From positions 1-64,000 of IMG/VR virus record IMGVR_UViG_3300009011_000001: a stretch of DNA of 64,000 bases; one strand, written 5' to 3'. Every line of letters begins with the position of its first letter. The first letter of the stretch is position 1. Shown here piece after piece: positions 47,970 through 56,589 of this stretch. A model generated the notes under the pieces. That model worked only from the letters and a program-made list of their open reading frames with translations. It did no database searches and was not told where the DNA came from. Position numbers and translations under genes: made by a program.

Positions 47970-47979
47970 CACACATAAC
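47970..47979 (+). promoter_or_regulatory. Putative early promoter motif CACACATAAC heading the accessory island
   Basis: Same family; 33 nt upstream of ATG 48013. Confidence 0.55.
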
Positions 47980-48012
47980 TACCGAGACAAACCAACGTAG
48001 GGGGATTGTTAC

Positions 48013-48180
48013 ATGATGGTAATCAACAAGCCTGTAGGTACGCAACAAAGGCTGCGAAACGGGGAGGAAGAAGATTGCGACACCTGCAATCGTAAAGCCT
48101 CTGTAAAGCTGACAGAAGAAACTGGTAACGGTTTCTACTGCGAAGACTGTTTGGAAAAGGCAGTCGAAAAACAGAAGTAA
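48013..48180 (+). CDS. Small zinc-finger protein (CxxC...CxxC), 55 aa; below the ORF-track cutoff
   Basis: GGGGGA RBS. MMVINKPVGTQQRLRNGEEEDCDTCNRKASVKLTEETGNGFYCEDCLEKAVEKQK. Confidence 0.75.
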   Translation: MMVINKPVGTQQRLRNGEEEDCDTCNRKASVKLTEETGNGFYCEDCLEKAVEKQK

Positions 48181-48209
48181 TCATCAACAAAATACGGGAA
48201 GTAACATCC

Positions 48210-48854
48210 ATGATTGGTGTAAACGAAAGTAAAGGCTCGATCCAGGTTCAGAGCGCGTTTTCCATCGTCAAACACATGTTGTCCGATCCAGAAGAATTTG
48301 ACCGGGAGTTCCGCACAGCACCAACCGAACAGTACGACACCAGCTTTCTCGATTACCCCGTCCCTGATTTCCAGATCAGCGAGGACGAGTTCGCCAGCAT
48401 CATGCGCGGCGAGCGCCAAGAGGTTCAGGAACCTGCCCCAATTTTCATGGGCTTATCTGAACCACGCATCATCGCAGTAGAAAAACGACCAGAAATCGAG
48501 TGCAATGATTACCGGACTCGAGTGGTCGATAGTAAAGGTCGGGTTTCGGTGGGGCTTCATTACCGCCACAACCAGACCTGGAGTATGGTCGACTCCCTCA
48601 TCACCTACTTCGACATTCTCGACAAGATGCCGGGCGAAGAGTTCGTTGAAGAAAAGCGTTGTGATTTTTACAAACTCATGCTCAGTAAGGCGACTGAGTT
48701 GTTCATCCTCGAAGACCTGGGTTTTATCCTGGCTCTCAAAAAGGCTGAGTACCGGGCTAACTGGCTAGTTCAGTCCCACGAAGAAGAAAACGAAGCAGAC
48801 GACATGGCAGTAGTACTGCCGAGCGGTAAACGAATCATTTTTGACGATTTCTAA
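48210..48854 (+). CDS. Acidic hypothetical protein, 214 aa
   Basis: GGGAAG RBS; in operon. Confidence 0.8.
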   Translation: MIGVNESKGSIQVQSAFSIVKHMLSDPEEFDREFRTAPTEQYDTSFLDYPVPDFQISEDEFASIMRGERQEVQEPAPIFMGLSEPRIIAVEKRPEIECNDYRTRVVDSKGRVSVGLHYRHNQTWSMVDSLITYFDILDKMPGEEFVEEKRCDFYKLMLSKATELFILEDLGFILALKKAEYRANWLVQSHEEENEADDMAVVLPSGKRIIFDDF

Positions 48855-48864
48855 GGACGCATCC

Positions 48865-49326
48865 ATGAGTGCTTTCAATATTGCAGGCTTCTCTCTGGCG
48901 CAACAACTGGTTGGCGAAGCTGTCGATCCGACTGTGTTGTCCAAACCTGGTGTCATCGTGGTGCAAGACATTAACACCGAAAAGTTTGCAGTCTCTGACA
49001 CGCCGGACCTGTTCGGCTCGTTGAGTCTGCTGGCTCAAGGTTTGAACTTCAACAAGGTCTTTGAGAACCTCTATCACAAAGCCACTGCCGAGAATGTCCG
49101 CATTTTCTATCGGCAGATTCCAACACTCGGCCAAGCCTCGGAGTTTGAACTCACCCGAGCGCATTGCCGTTTGGCGCTGATGGGTGAACTCGCTCCTCCT
49201 GGTCAGGACGAGGCTGCCTACACGAAGATGAAGCAGTTGTCTGAACGCAACACAAAGTACTTCGAGTACCTGTGTCAGAAAATTCCTTCGCTGCGTGAGC
49301 GCATGGAGAAGTTCAATGTCCGCTAA
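48865..49326 (+). CDS. Degenerate GIY-YIG-like protein (tentative), 153 aa
   Basis: AAGGA RBS. PGVIVVQDINTEKFAVSDTPDL...FNKVFENLY...ASEFE follows GIY-YIG spacing without the Tyr/Gly/Arg residues. Confidence 0.5.
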   Translation: MSAFNIAGFSLAQQLVGEAVDPTVLSKPGVIVVQDINTEKFAVSDTPDLFGSLSLLAQGLNFNKVFENLYHKATAENVRIFYRQIPTLGQASEFELTRAHCRLALMGELAPPGQDEAAYTKMKQLSERNTKYFEYLCQKIPSLRERMEKFNVR

Positions 49327-49660
49327 TCAAACGGATATCCTGGTCTTTCCTCGAAACCTGGACAGTGGCCGGCTGAAATCTGAGGAGGGTACGCTTGGCG
49401 TGTTCTCCAAAGAACAACAGTCGGTCATCTTGAAGTTCTTGGAGTTCTTCAAAGGGAAGACTTACATTCCCGAGACTGTACTCCACCGCTGGCTAGAAGA
49501 GCTTCAAGAAGCGCTCCCGTCTGCCGATCGTCGTGGTCTCCGCCGCATTGCCGGCGAAGGCCTTGGCTATCGCGGATGGCGCCCTTTGCTGAATCGTCGC
49601 TGTACGCTTGAAATGCATCAAACTCGTCGCCGTAAGCTGCAGAAAGCAGCACAACGCTAA
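49316..49660 (+). CDS. Hypothetical protein with basic tail, 114 aa
   Basis: GGAG RBS; overlaps the upstream stop. Confidence 0.75.
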   Translation: MSANQTDILVFPRNLDSGRLKSEEGTLGVFSKEQQSVILKFLEFFKGKTYIPETVLHRWLEELQEALPSADRRGLRRIAGEGLGYRGWRPLLNRRCTLEMHQTRRRKLQKAAQR

Positions 49661-49709
49661 ATGCCGGGCGGAGATCCGCCCGGCTTCTTATCCCATTCTG
49701 GAGATTACA

Positions 49710-50480
49710 ATGAACTATCTGTCGACCGCTGAACAACAAGTTTATAAAGCCTTTACCAACTGGACACCGCGCCCTTTCAGCAAAGCCGATGAACTGGTCG
49801 CCGATATCGTTCAGGCTAACGAAGATTTTGTCAACGTTGCCGTCGTTGGCTCACCTTTCAAGAAGGAAGAAATCGAAAAGCTGGGCGTTCGTCGCGCTCA
49901 ACTGGTTGCTCGAATCGCTATCGTGTTCGGCTATTCGGAAGAGCGGAACAAGTTGGCGCTCGCCGCACTGACCGAAGCCCACGCCGTTCGTCGCCTGCTG
50001 GACATGTATCCGAACGTTCGGGTAAACCGTCTGGCTGCCGAAAAACCAACCAAGGGCCAGTTGGCCTTTGCTCTGGCCGGTCGTCCAGAGACCGAACTTC
50101 TGGGCGCCAAGGCCTGGTTCGGCGATATCGTGAAGGCACTGAAGCAAATCCACAAACTGCCAGACTATTACCTGGTCTACAGCGGTGTGGGTCCGACCAA
50201 AGCCATCATCCATCGCGCAGCTATCGAAACCAAGAACCCGCTGCTTTACGGCATGGCGGTTCCGGCCGCTGCGCAGAAAGCGATCATTGCGCTGTTCAAT
50301 GTTCGTGAACTGCGCCATCTGCGCACCATCCTGGAGTGGGATCTGCATCTGGACGAAACCTTCAACGGTGGTGAAACCGTGGCCATTGCCAGTCGCACAC
50401 TGGAAGGCTTCCTGCAAAACCACCGTCTGCTAGATTTCGATCACTGCGGACACAAGGCCACCTTCTTCACGAAGCTGTAA
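49710..50480 (+). CDS. Hypothetical helical protein, 256 aa
   Basis: GGAG RBS before ATG 49710; biased codon use. Confidence 0.85.
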   Translation: MNYLSTAEQQVYKAFTNWTPRPFSKADELVADIVQANEDFVNVAVVGSPFKKEEIEKLGVRRAQLVARIAIVFGYSEERNKLALAALTEAHAVRRLLDMYPNVRVNRLAAEKPTKGQLAFALAGRPETELLGAKAWFGDIVKALKQIHKLPDYYLVYSGVGPTKAIIHRAAIETKNPLLYGMAVPAAAQKAIIALFNVRELRHLRTILEWDLHLDETFNGGETVAIASRTLEGFLQNHRLLDFDHCGHKATFFTKL

Positions 50481-50483
50481 GCC

Positions 50484-50714
50484 ATGAAATACATCCTGCT
50501 TAGCATTATCCAGACCCTGTCTTCAGAAGGTAGTTCCACTTCTCAAGAGCATATGGTTCTGGACAGCCCAATGGCCTGCAAGCAAATGCAGCAGATCATG
50601 ATTCCAACCCCAACGTCCTCGACGGACACAACCGTTATCAAAGTATCGAAGTCCTCGGTTTCCGGACAAAACTTTGAAACGACTCACACTTTAATTTGCT
50701 CTCCTCAGGGCTAA
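50484..50714 (+). CDS. Small, possibly exported two-Cys protein, 76 aa
   Basis: Short hydrophobic N-terminus; fits tightly in the operon. Confidence 0.65.
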   Translation: MKYILLSIIQTLSSEGSSTSQEHMVLDSPMACKQMQQIMIPTPTSSTDTTVIKVSKSSVSGQNFETTHTLICSPQG

Positions 50715-50722
50715 GGATTTAC

Positions 50723-51781
50723 ATGTACGCTATTGGCGAAATCAAACAAGGCGGTCTCTTTGCAGTTGCAGGGGCCATGCACCGGGCGGTCAAGGATTTC
50801 AACTTCTACGTGGAGTATGAAAACTTCATGTCCGGTCGCAGCACCGTGGAGAAGGAAGAAGTTCTGGCCTTCATGGATGCACTCGGCACTCCTGTTGCAC
50901 AGACCCCCGAAGCTGAGGCCGAATACCTCGCGCTGAGCCACAAAGAACAGCAGGCGATCGACTTCCAATTCACCGGCGACGCAATGCCTTCGCAAGCCGG
51001 TCTGGAATTCCTCCGTCAGCGCTTCCCAAACATCGCCGACCTCACCGACCATTATTCGCTGGTCACTCTGTCGGCAAACCTGAACTTCGAAACCAGCCTC
51101 GGTCAGGTGCACGAGATCCTGGAAACTCTGGGCCAGCGTTCTGAAGAGCCGGGTGTCCGTGGCGCTCTGGCCGAACTGGTCGTGGCAATCAACATCCCGA
51201 AAGCCAAGGCCGAGCAAGAACGCATCATCGCTGAACACGGCTACGCCATCTCGCCGGTCTATGCCGACAGCGAGCAAGGCATGAACCGTGTGTACACCAT
51301 TTCCGGTCGTACCAAGTTCGGCTTCGAACTGTTCTGCGTTCAAGGCCATGCTGATCTGGACCTGTTGTGCAGTCTGCTGAGTTGTGTCATTGCGCTCCAT
51401 GAAGAAGGCACTCCGATTCTGGAAGTCAACGGCAAGATCGCCACCATGGCCGACGGCACTGCAATGCAGTATCAGGTCATCGAAGCCGATCCGGTTGCTG
51501 CTCAGGTTCTCGGTCACTTCGGTGATTTCCAACCGGGCGATCGCCTGATTCAAGTTGTCTTCGCCGACAACAAGAACCTGCTGCCGCATGAAGAAGGCTA
51601 CAACGTCGAGCACTTCAAGCAGCCTCTGTTTCCGCTGGCCGCCGCGCCGACGGCTGCGGAACTGGCTGAAGCGTTCGAAGCCAGCGATGCTGAACTCGTT
51701 CTGTCGACCAAGAACGTTGATGCCGCTGATGTTGTAATGCCGATTGGTTTCGAAACTGGCGAGGAGAAGAAAGATGTCTGA
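50723..51781 (+). CDS. Two-domain protein with C-terminal DUF4262-like domain, 352 aa
   Basis: IIAEHGYAISPV...YTISG...FELF and LIQVVFADNKNLLPHEEGY...QP fit the recalled DUF4262 pattern. Confidence 0.6.
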   Translation: MYAIGEIKQGGLFAVAGAMHRAVKDFNFYVEYENFMSGRSTVEKEEVLAFMDALGTPVAQTPEAEAEYLALSHKEQQAIDFQFTGDAMPSQAGLEFLRQRFPNIADLTDHYSLVTLSANLNFETSLGQVHEILETLGQRSEEPGVRGALAELVVAINIPKAKAEQERIIAEHGYAISPVYADSEQGMNRVYTISGRTKFGFELFCVQGHADLDLLCSLLSCVIALHEEGTPILEVNGKIATMADGTAMQYQVIEADPVAAQVLGHFGDFQPGDRLIQVVFADNKNLLPHEEGYNVEHFKQPLFPLAAAPTAAELAEAFEASDAELVLSTKNVDAADVVMPIGFETGEEKKDV

Positions 51782-52010
51782 AGAAAAAAGCAAATACCCG
51801 ATCGCCGACATGGGCGAAAACTTCCAGCCTGATGCGATGGAAGACTGGGATCGCCGGGTGGCTTCCGGTGAGTTCGACAACTTGTCCATGGAGCAGATCC
51901 GTGCCAAGTACGTCCAGGAAGAAGCGGACTTCGTCGAACAGCAAGAGGAAGCCGAGATGTACGAAGAACTGAACCGTCGCGAAGAACGCGAAGCGGATCA
52001 GGACGACTAA
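51774..52010 (+). CDS. Highly acidic small protein, 78 aa
   Basis: GAGGAG RBS; 26 D/E vs 9 K/R by hand count; followed by a terminator. Confidence 0.8.
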   Translation: MSEEKSKYPIADMGENFQPDAMEDWDRRVASGEFDNLSMEQIRAKYVQEEADFVEQQEEAEMYEELNRREEREADQDD

Positions 52011-52022
52011 CCACAACCTACC

Positions 52023-52060
52023 AGCAGGTGCCTTCGGGCACCTGCTTTTATTTTTCTTTT
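52023..52060 (+). terminator. Intrinsic terminator
   Basis: AGCAGGTGCC-TTCG-GGCACCTGCT followed by a T tract. Confidence 0.9.
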
Positions 52061-52080
52061 CATTTTAAGGATAGGTTTTA

Positions 52081-52914
52081 ATGAAGTTTTTCAATCAAGA
52101 ACAGCTGAACGAATTTTTGCGCAATGCTCCTCGCGACAATAGCCAGACCATCCGTTACTTCATCACTGCTGCCGTACTGGACGCTACTCTGAAGAATAGT
52201 TTTCCAAACGGTGTAAAACTGATCCCTCGTCGCGAAGATCGGAAATGCCTCACGGCCAATGGCTTCGGCGCTCTGGTGGCACCTAAAGAAGATCGGCACA
52301 GCGCCGCTCCGTCTATCGGTGTTCACGTAAATGAGACTGATGTTGAAGGTGAACTCACCATTATTGATCACAACAAGCGCCGTGAAGGCGCCATCCAGGT
52401 TTGGTGTGAGCCATCGCCACAGCCTGAAGAAGAAATCGCCCACCGAAGTCGAAATGGCTCCGATTACTTCTTACTCGAGGGCGACCGCATTGTCTTTGCT
52501 TCGGCCCTCATGGACCTGGAAGAGATGTTTGCCACCTACGATTTCTCTTTAGTGCAAGAAATCAAAGGAAGCAAAAAGCTTGAGCCTGGAACCATGTACT
52601 TCACGCATTCAGGGCAGCGTGAAGATATCCAACCGTGGTCTCTCGGGAAGGCTGTAAAACTTCGTCATCAGCTGTCTGAGCCGACTATTAGCGATAAGGG
52701 TGAGATGGTCGACTGCTACTGTTTCGTGGTGGATGATTGCCTTCAGGTGCGTCAGGAATGGTATCACAGTTCCAATCTGTTCACTCAGCCAGAGTTGGTG
52801 CAGATGGCGACGGAAGTAAGGAACTCCAGCCCTCACCGCCCTCAGCACCTGTACTCGGATTACCTTCAAGGCATTGTCGACGCCATGAAGTATCAGTTCG
52901 TTGACAAAAACTAA
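52081..52914 (+). CDS. Hypothetical protein, 277 aa
   Basis: AAGGA/AGG RBS; no recognised motif. Confidence 0.8.
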   Translation: MKFFNQEQLNEFLRNAPRDNSQTIRYFITAAVLDATLKNSFPNGVKLIPRREDRKCLTANGFGALVAPKEDRHSAAPSIGVHVNETDVEGELTIIDHNKRREGAIQVWCEPSPQPEEEIAHRSRNGSDYFLLEGDRIVFASALMDLEEMFATYDFSLVQEIKGSKKLEPGTMYFTHSGQREDIQPWSLGKAVKLRHQLSEPTISDKGEMVDCYCFVVDDCLQVRQEWYHSSNLFTQPELVQMATEVRNSSPHRPQHLYSDYLQGIVDAMKYQFVDKN

Positions 52915-52929
52915 TTTGGAGCCTTTAGC

Positions 52930-53511
52930 ATGTCGAATATTGTTAAGCATCCTGTAAGTGTTGAAAACAATGATGGCGAGTTCCTCCAGGCTCTTCAAGA
53001 ATTTCGGGATATGGTTTCCCGAAAGGTTGATGGTGGGTGTCTTGTATCGGAGTTGTATAGCGCTTTTGTTCGCGATCTCCATATCGACCGGAATCTGGAA
53101 GCATTCCGCCGAGCGGCGCGATTCACCGAACTGGAAACCATCGACAACGGCGTTTGGAAGTTTACCGTCACTTCTAACTTCGCTGAGTATGAGGGGGATT
53201 TCATTCGCATAGAGCGCATCATCCCTTCGGCTGAAGACAAAACTCTCGAATACAGCCGTGCGGCTGATCTCCATTTCAGCCTCAGCCTGCAAGAGATGTT
53301 CAGTAGCCCGGACTTGATGTCTGGTCCTACATCGTTCTTGGTCCAACCGATGGTCAGCATCTTACTCACGCGTAAGCCGCGTGTCATTATCAAATCCACC
53401 CGGGACACATTCCTTGAAGCGGTTTTCAAGGAAGATGACCAACACCATGTCAAAGTGACAATTGGCGGCTGGTTCGAAACGCGCCTGGGGTTACCTGAGA
53501 GCATTCACTGA
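52930..53511 (+). CDS. Hypothetical protein, 193 aa
   Basis: GGAG RBS. Confidence 0.8.
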   Translation: MSNIVKHPVSVENNDGEFLQALQEFRDMVSRKVDGGCLVSELYSAFVRDLHIDRNLEAFRRAARFTELETIDNGVWKFTVTSNFAEYEGDFIRIERIIPSAEDKTLEYSRAADLHFSLSLQEMFSSPDLMSGPTSFLVQPMVSILLTRKPRVIIKSTRDTFLEAVFKEDDQHHVKVTIGGWFETRLGLPESIH

Positions 53512-53894
53512 TGAAACTACGCCACTACCACCTCATCCGTGTTTCGGATGGGGAGGTGTTGGGAGGATCGGGTAGTCAACCGGTTCCGATCGGCACCGAA
53601 GAAGAGTACAAGGCAGACGCCCCATGTCTGACGGGTCCTGGTCCAGCAAGGGCGATCGCCTCTCTTGAGCAATTGCTTTTGAGCACCGTAGCTCGTGCAC
53701 GGTCCGACGGTAAGCGTTACATGTTGGAGTTATCCGACGGTGATGCCGATCCGTTTGAACACGGGGTCTTTTCCGGTCTGTGTCGCAACTTGATTGAAGC
53801 CTCCGTTGAACTGGAGCCCGGATTTCTCGAAGCGAACAAATACGACTACTGCCTGTACATCGGTCATGCGCCTGTAAAAAGAACCCTTCACTAA
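53511..53894 (+). CDS. Hypothetical protein, 127 aa
   Basis: TGATG coupling to the upstream gene. Confidence 0.75.
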   Translation: MKLRHYHLIRVSDGEVLGGSGSQPVPIGTEEEYKADAPCLTGPGPARAIASLEQLLLSTVARARSDGKRYMLELSDGDADPFEHGVFSGLCRNLIEASVELEPGFLEANKYDYCLYIGHAPVKRTLH

Positions 53895-53912
53895 GACCTT
53901 AGGAGGTCTGTC

Positions 53913-54014
53913 ATGTTGAAAGCAATCGGTTTCGTCGTTGTTGTCATTCTCGTGGCTCGTGGTCTGGCAGCCATCATCAACGATTACAAGAAATCCAAAG
54001 GAGGGAAAGGGTAA
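53913..54014 (+). CDS. 33-aa single-TM peptide; below the ORF-track cutoff
   Basis: AGGAGG RBS. MLKAIGFVVVVILVARGLAAIINDYKKSKGGKG; TAATG overlap with the next gene. Confidence 0.75.
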   Translation: MLKAIGFVVVVILVARGLAAIINDYKKSKGGKG

Positions 54015-54913
54015 TGGGTTGGTTGTCGAAGCCGGGATGGTTCACCCGCTGGATGAACCAGCGGGCCTTTAATCTCGAGCTGCAGAAAAAAGAACTTGCT
54101 GCCCGAGAGCGAGAAGCGATGGTCGCTATGGATATCTATCGGGCCGGCGCTTATCTCTGTGGTGGGTTGCCAGATGATGGGTACATCTTCGTTACCGCGA
54201 CTAAGGATGGCGTTACGGAACAGGGCCTTCTGACTAACTGCGGGAGGTCCAGCTATGACGTCATGTTCTTGACCGAAGATGGCACCATGGTCATGCGTCC
54301 GTTTCTGCTGCTGGACTCTTACGAATTTCATCTACACGCTCGTTTCCGATACAAATCCGACAAGGAGATCGATAAGGACGATCTCCACGACTACGAGGTG
54401 CTCGCTAAAGACATTGTGGAGCGCAATCCAAAGTTCATCCCCCAGTTGTTTGCAACGTACAATGACGAGCCGCTGGAAGTCATGCCCCACTTTAAGCGGG
54501 ATGGCGATTATCATGACGATGTTCGCATGTCTGCTGACAAATTGTTTTTGCTGGGGTATAACGCAAAACTGCTCCTGACGTTCGCTGAACTTAAGAAGCT
54601 GTCGTCGGCTATACGCCGTGACGAAATGCAGTACGTTGAGCGCTGGTTCAACAATGGTGCGATTTTGCGTAACCCTATCGAAGTCGGCAATTACATCAAA
54701 CTCGGCAACGAGCTGGTGGGCGAGGCTGATCGCGAAACGGAATGGTTGGTCATCGAAACTTTTGACCCTCCACTCATGCGGGATCAACATCTGGTTAACA
54801 TCTTGGCCTACAATCTTGAAGACAAGTGTTTCCAGGGATTGCTGTCGTACAACTTCCACATAACGGGCTGTGTCGTCGATAGAGCAAGTTTATTTACTGG
54901 AGAGCACGATTAA
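54014..54913 (+). CDS. Hypothetical protein, 299 aa
   Basis: Coupled on both sides by TAATG overlaps. Confidence 0.85.
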   Translation: MGWLSKPGWFTRWMNQRAFNLELQKKELAAREREAMVAMDIYRAGAYLCGGLPDDGYIFVTATKDGVTEQGLLTNCGRSSYDVMFLTEDGTMVMRPFLLLDSYEFHLHARFRYKSDKEIDKDDLHDYEVLAKDIVERNPKFIPQLFATYNDEPLEVMPHFKRDGDYHDDVRMSADKLFLLGYNAKLLLTFAELKKLSSAIRRDEMQYVERWFNNGAILRNPIEVGNYIKLGNELVGEADRETEWLVIETFDPPLMRDQHLVNILAYNLEDKCFQGLLSYNFHITGCVVDRASLFTGEHD

Positions 54914-55242
54914 TGGCCCAAGCAAGAGAACTCTTGATTGTCGCCAAATGTCAGGCCGACCTTGACAGATATCTGAAGCTGTTCCAGATAACAGACGTCC
55001 AAGACGTCACTGACTGTATCGATATCCGACAATACCCGCATCTGACGCGAAGCGGCATCGGCGAAGTCTTGGGCGCCTCAATGCCTGCGACAACCCATCA
55101 ACGGATCTGTGTCGTTCTTCCAAAGCTGGAAGACGAAACCGATGATGAGTGGGAAATGCGTGCTAAGCGCCATTGTGTGCTGAGCATTCTTTCTTCAGCC
55201 TATCGCGACAACTTCTACATTCAACAAACCGGTGAGTTCTAA
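54913..55242 (+). CDS. Hypothetical protein, 109 aa
   Basis: GGAG RBS; TAATG coupling. Confidence 0.75.
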   Translation: MAQARELLIVAKCQADLDRYLKLFQITDVQDVTDCIDIRQYPHLTRSGIGEVLGASMPATTHQRICVVLPKLEDETDDEWEMRAKRHCVLSILSSAYRDNFYIQQTGEF

Positions 55243-55253
55243 GGGAGGGGTAG

Positions 55254-55784
55254 ATGTCATTCGAAATGATTGAACTTGTGGACTATCTTGAAGAAGCCGA
55301 CTTCGTTGAGAAGTTCAGTGCGGGCGACACTGGTGAACCGGTTACGGAGGAGTACGCTCTTCGTTTGCTGAGCGCTACCGCAAAGTTCTATCTTGAAAAC
55401 AAGATCGTTCAGGCCGCGCTTCTCGAAGTCGAAAAGTTCCAACAAAAACAGGATCTGGTTGGACATGAACCTTTCCCGGAGCCTTGGAAAAAATCTGTCG
55501 TCATTTGCGGGCGAATTGAACGCTTCTTGTATCCTGGCACAAAGATGTTGCCGTGGATGTACAGCACAGCCCATACGGCAATGGAAAAGAAGGTAATCGT
55601 CCTGCAACTTAAGGACTATGGTCCCATCGCCAAGTGTAGCTTTGCGCCATCTCGTGATGGTGTGCCGATGGATCCAAAGTTTGTTGCGGAGCGTGAGCTT
55701 CGGGTAAAGCTGAATTTTGAATCGCTTCAGGGCATTATGTATCAACGCAACAGCCATGTCGTCAGACGTCTGGCTGAAAGCTAG
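55254..55784 (+). CDS. Hypothetical protein, 176 aa
   Basis: GGGAGG RBS. Confidence 0.8.
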   Translation: MSFEMIELVDYLEEADFVEKFSAGDTGEPVTEEYALRLLSATAKFYLENKIVQAALLEVEKFQQKQDLVGHEPFPEPWKKSVVICGRIERFLYPGTKMLPWMYSTAHTAMEKKVIVLQLKDYGPIAKCSFAPSRDGVPMDPKFVAERELRVKLNFESLQGIMYQRNSHVVRRLAES

Positions 55785-55792
55785 AAAGAAAA

Positions 55793-55823
55793 CATAGGGC
55801 TCGGCATCGCGCCGGGCTTTATG
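55793..55823. terminator. Hairpin, CATA...TATG family (wobble pairs)
   Basis: CATAGGGCTCGGC-atcgc-GCCGGGCTTTATG. Confidence 0.65.
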
Positions 55824-55849
55824 CCCCCCTATTGGTCCAGGTGAATAAA

Positions 55850-56488
55850 ATGATTGAGATCATGACTCTTCCTCCACAGGAAGCGCCAAAGCAACTCACT
55901 GCTCGTCAGGTTTGTGAAAGCCTTGGCGAACATTACGAAGCATTCCTCGCAGCAAACAACATCAAGGGCTGGGTCATTGACGATCACGTTCTTGACAATA
56001 GCCACATCTCTGACGTGCTCTTCAGGATTAGCGCCACTACAGGGCTTTACGTCGGTCGTCTGAGTAACGAGGGAGGTCACCTCAGAAAACTAGCCAAGGA
56101 AGCAGGCAACGATGCTCCTTTGCATTTCTGGCTAAACTGTGCCGCAAGAGCGCTTGGCTATCGAAGCTATCATTTAGCCCACTGCTGTCGCCGTGAAAAC
56201 GGCTTCGTTGAAAACCTTTGGCCAGAAGGCGCATTGATGAACCCGGATGATTTCGGGGAAGAGCTGCCAAAGGAAAGAGAGCACCGCAGAATCGTTCAGG
56301 CAATGAACAAGAACTATCGCGCCAACAGGTTGCGTGATCGTCAATACAACCAACTCAGGAGAGCTTTAGAAGCAGCGAGCAAAGAAGGCTCGCGTGTGGC
56401 TAACCATCGCTGGAAAGAATTGAAAGAGTCGAAGAAGAAAGAGCTTAAGAAGCAACGAGGCATTCCGGTACAATACCGGATCAGTTAA
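55850..56488 (+). CDS. Putative DNA-binding protein (HTH-like segment plus very basic tail), ~212 aa
   Basis: AGGTG RBS. HLRKLAKEAG...LHFWLNCAARALGYRSY resembles the recalled glyoxalase-superfamily-protein HTH pattern; K/R-rich C-terminal helix. Confidence 0.55.
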   Translation: MIEIMTLPPQEAPKQLTARQVCESLGEHYEAFLAANNIKGWVIDDHVLDNSHISDVLFRISATTGLYVGRLSNEGGHLRKLAKEAGNDAPLHFWLNCAARALGYRSYHLAHCCRRENGFVENLWPEGALMNPDDFGEELPKEREHRRIVQAMNKNYRANRLRDRQYNQLRRALEAASKEGSRVANHRWKELKESKKKELKKQRGIPVQYRIS

Positions 56489-56493
56489 GTTCA

Positions 56494-56539
56494 GATAGGG
56501 TCCAGCGCAGGCTGGGCCTTACGCCTTTCTTTCTTTTTT
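56494..56539 (+). terminator. Intrinsic terminator
   Basis: AGGGTCCAGC-gcag-GCTGGGCCTT followed by a T tract. Confidence 0.75.
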
Positions 56540-56589
56540 GTTAACTTTACACCATGCCCTTTATCTTATGTTCCACCAACAAAACTTCT

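Noticed and set aside
50711-51907. 398-aa minus-strand ORF
   Set aside because: Shadow of the DUF4262-like gene.
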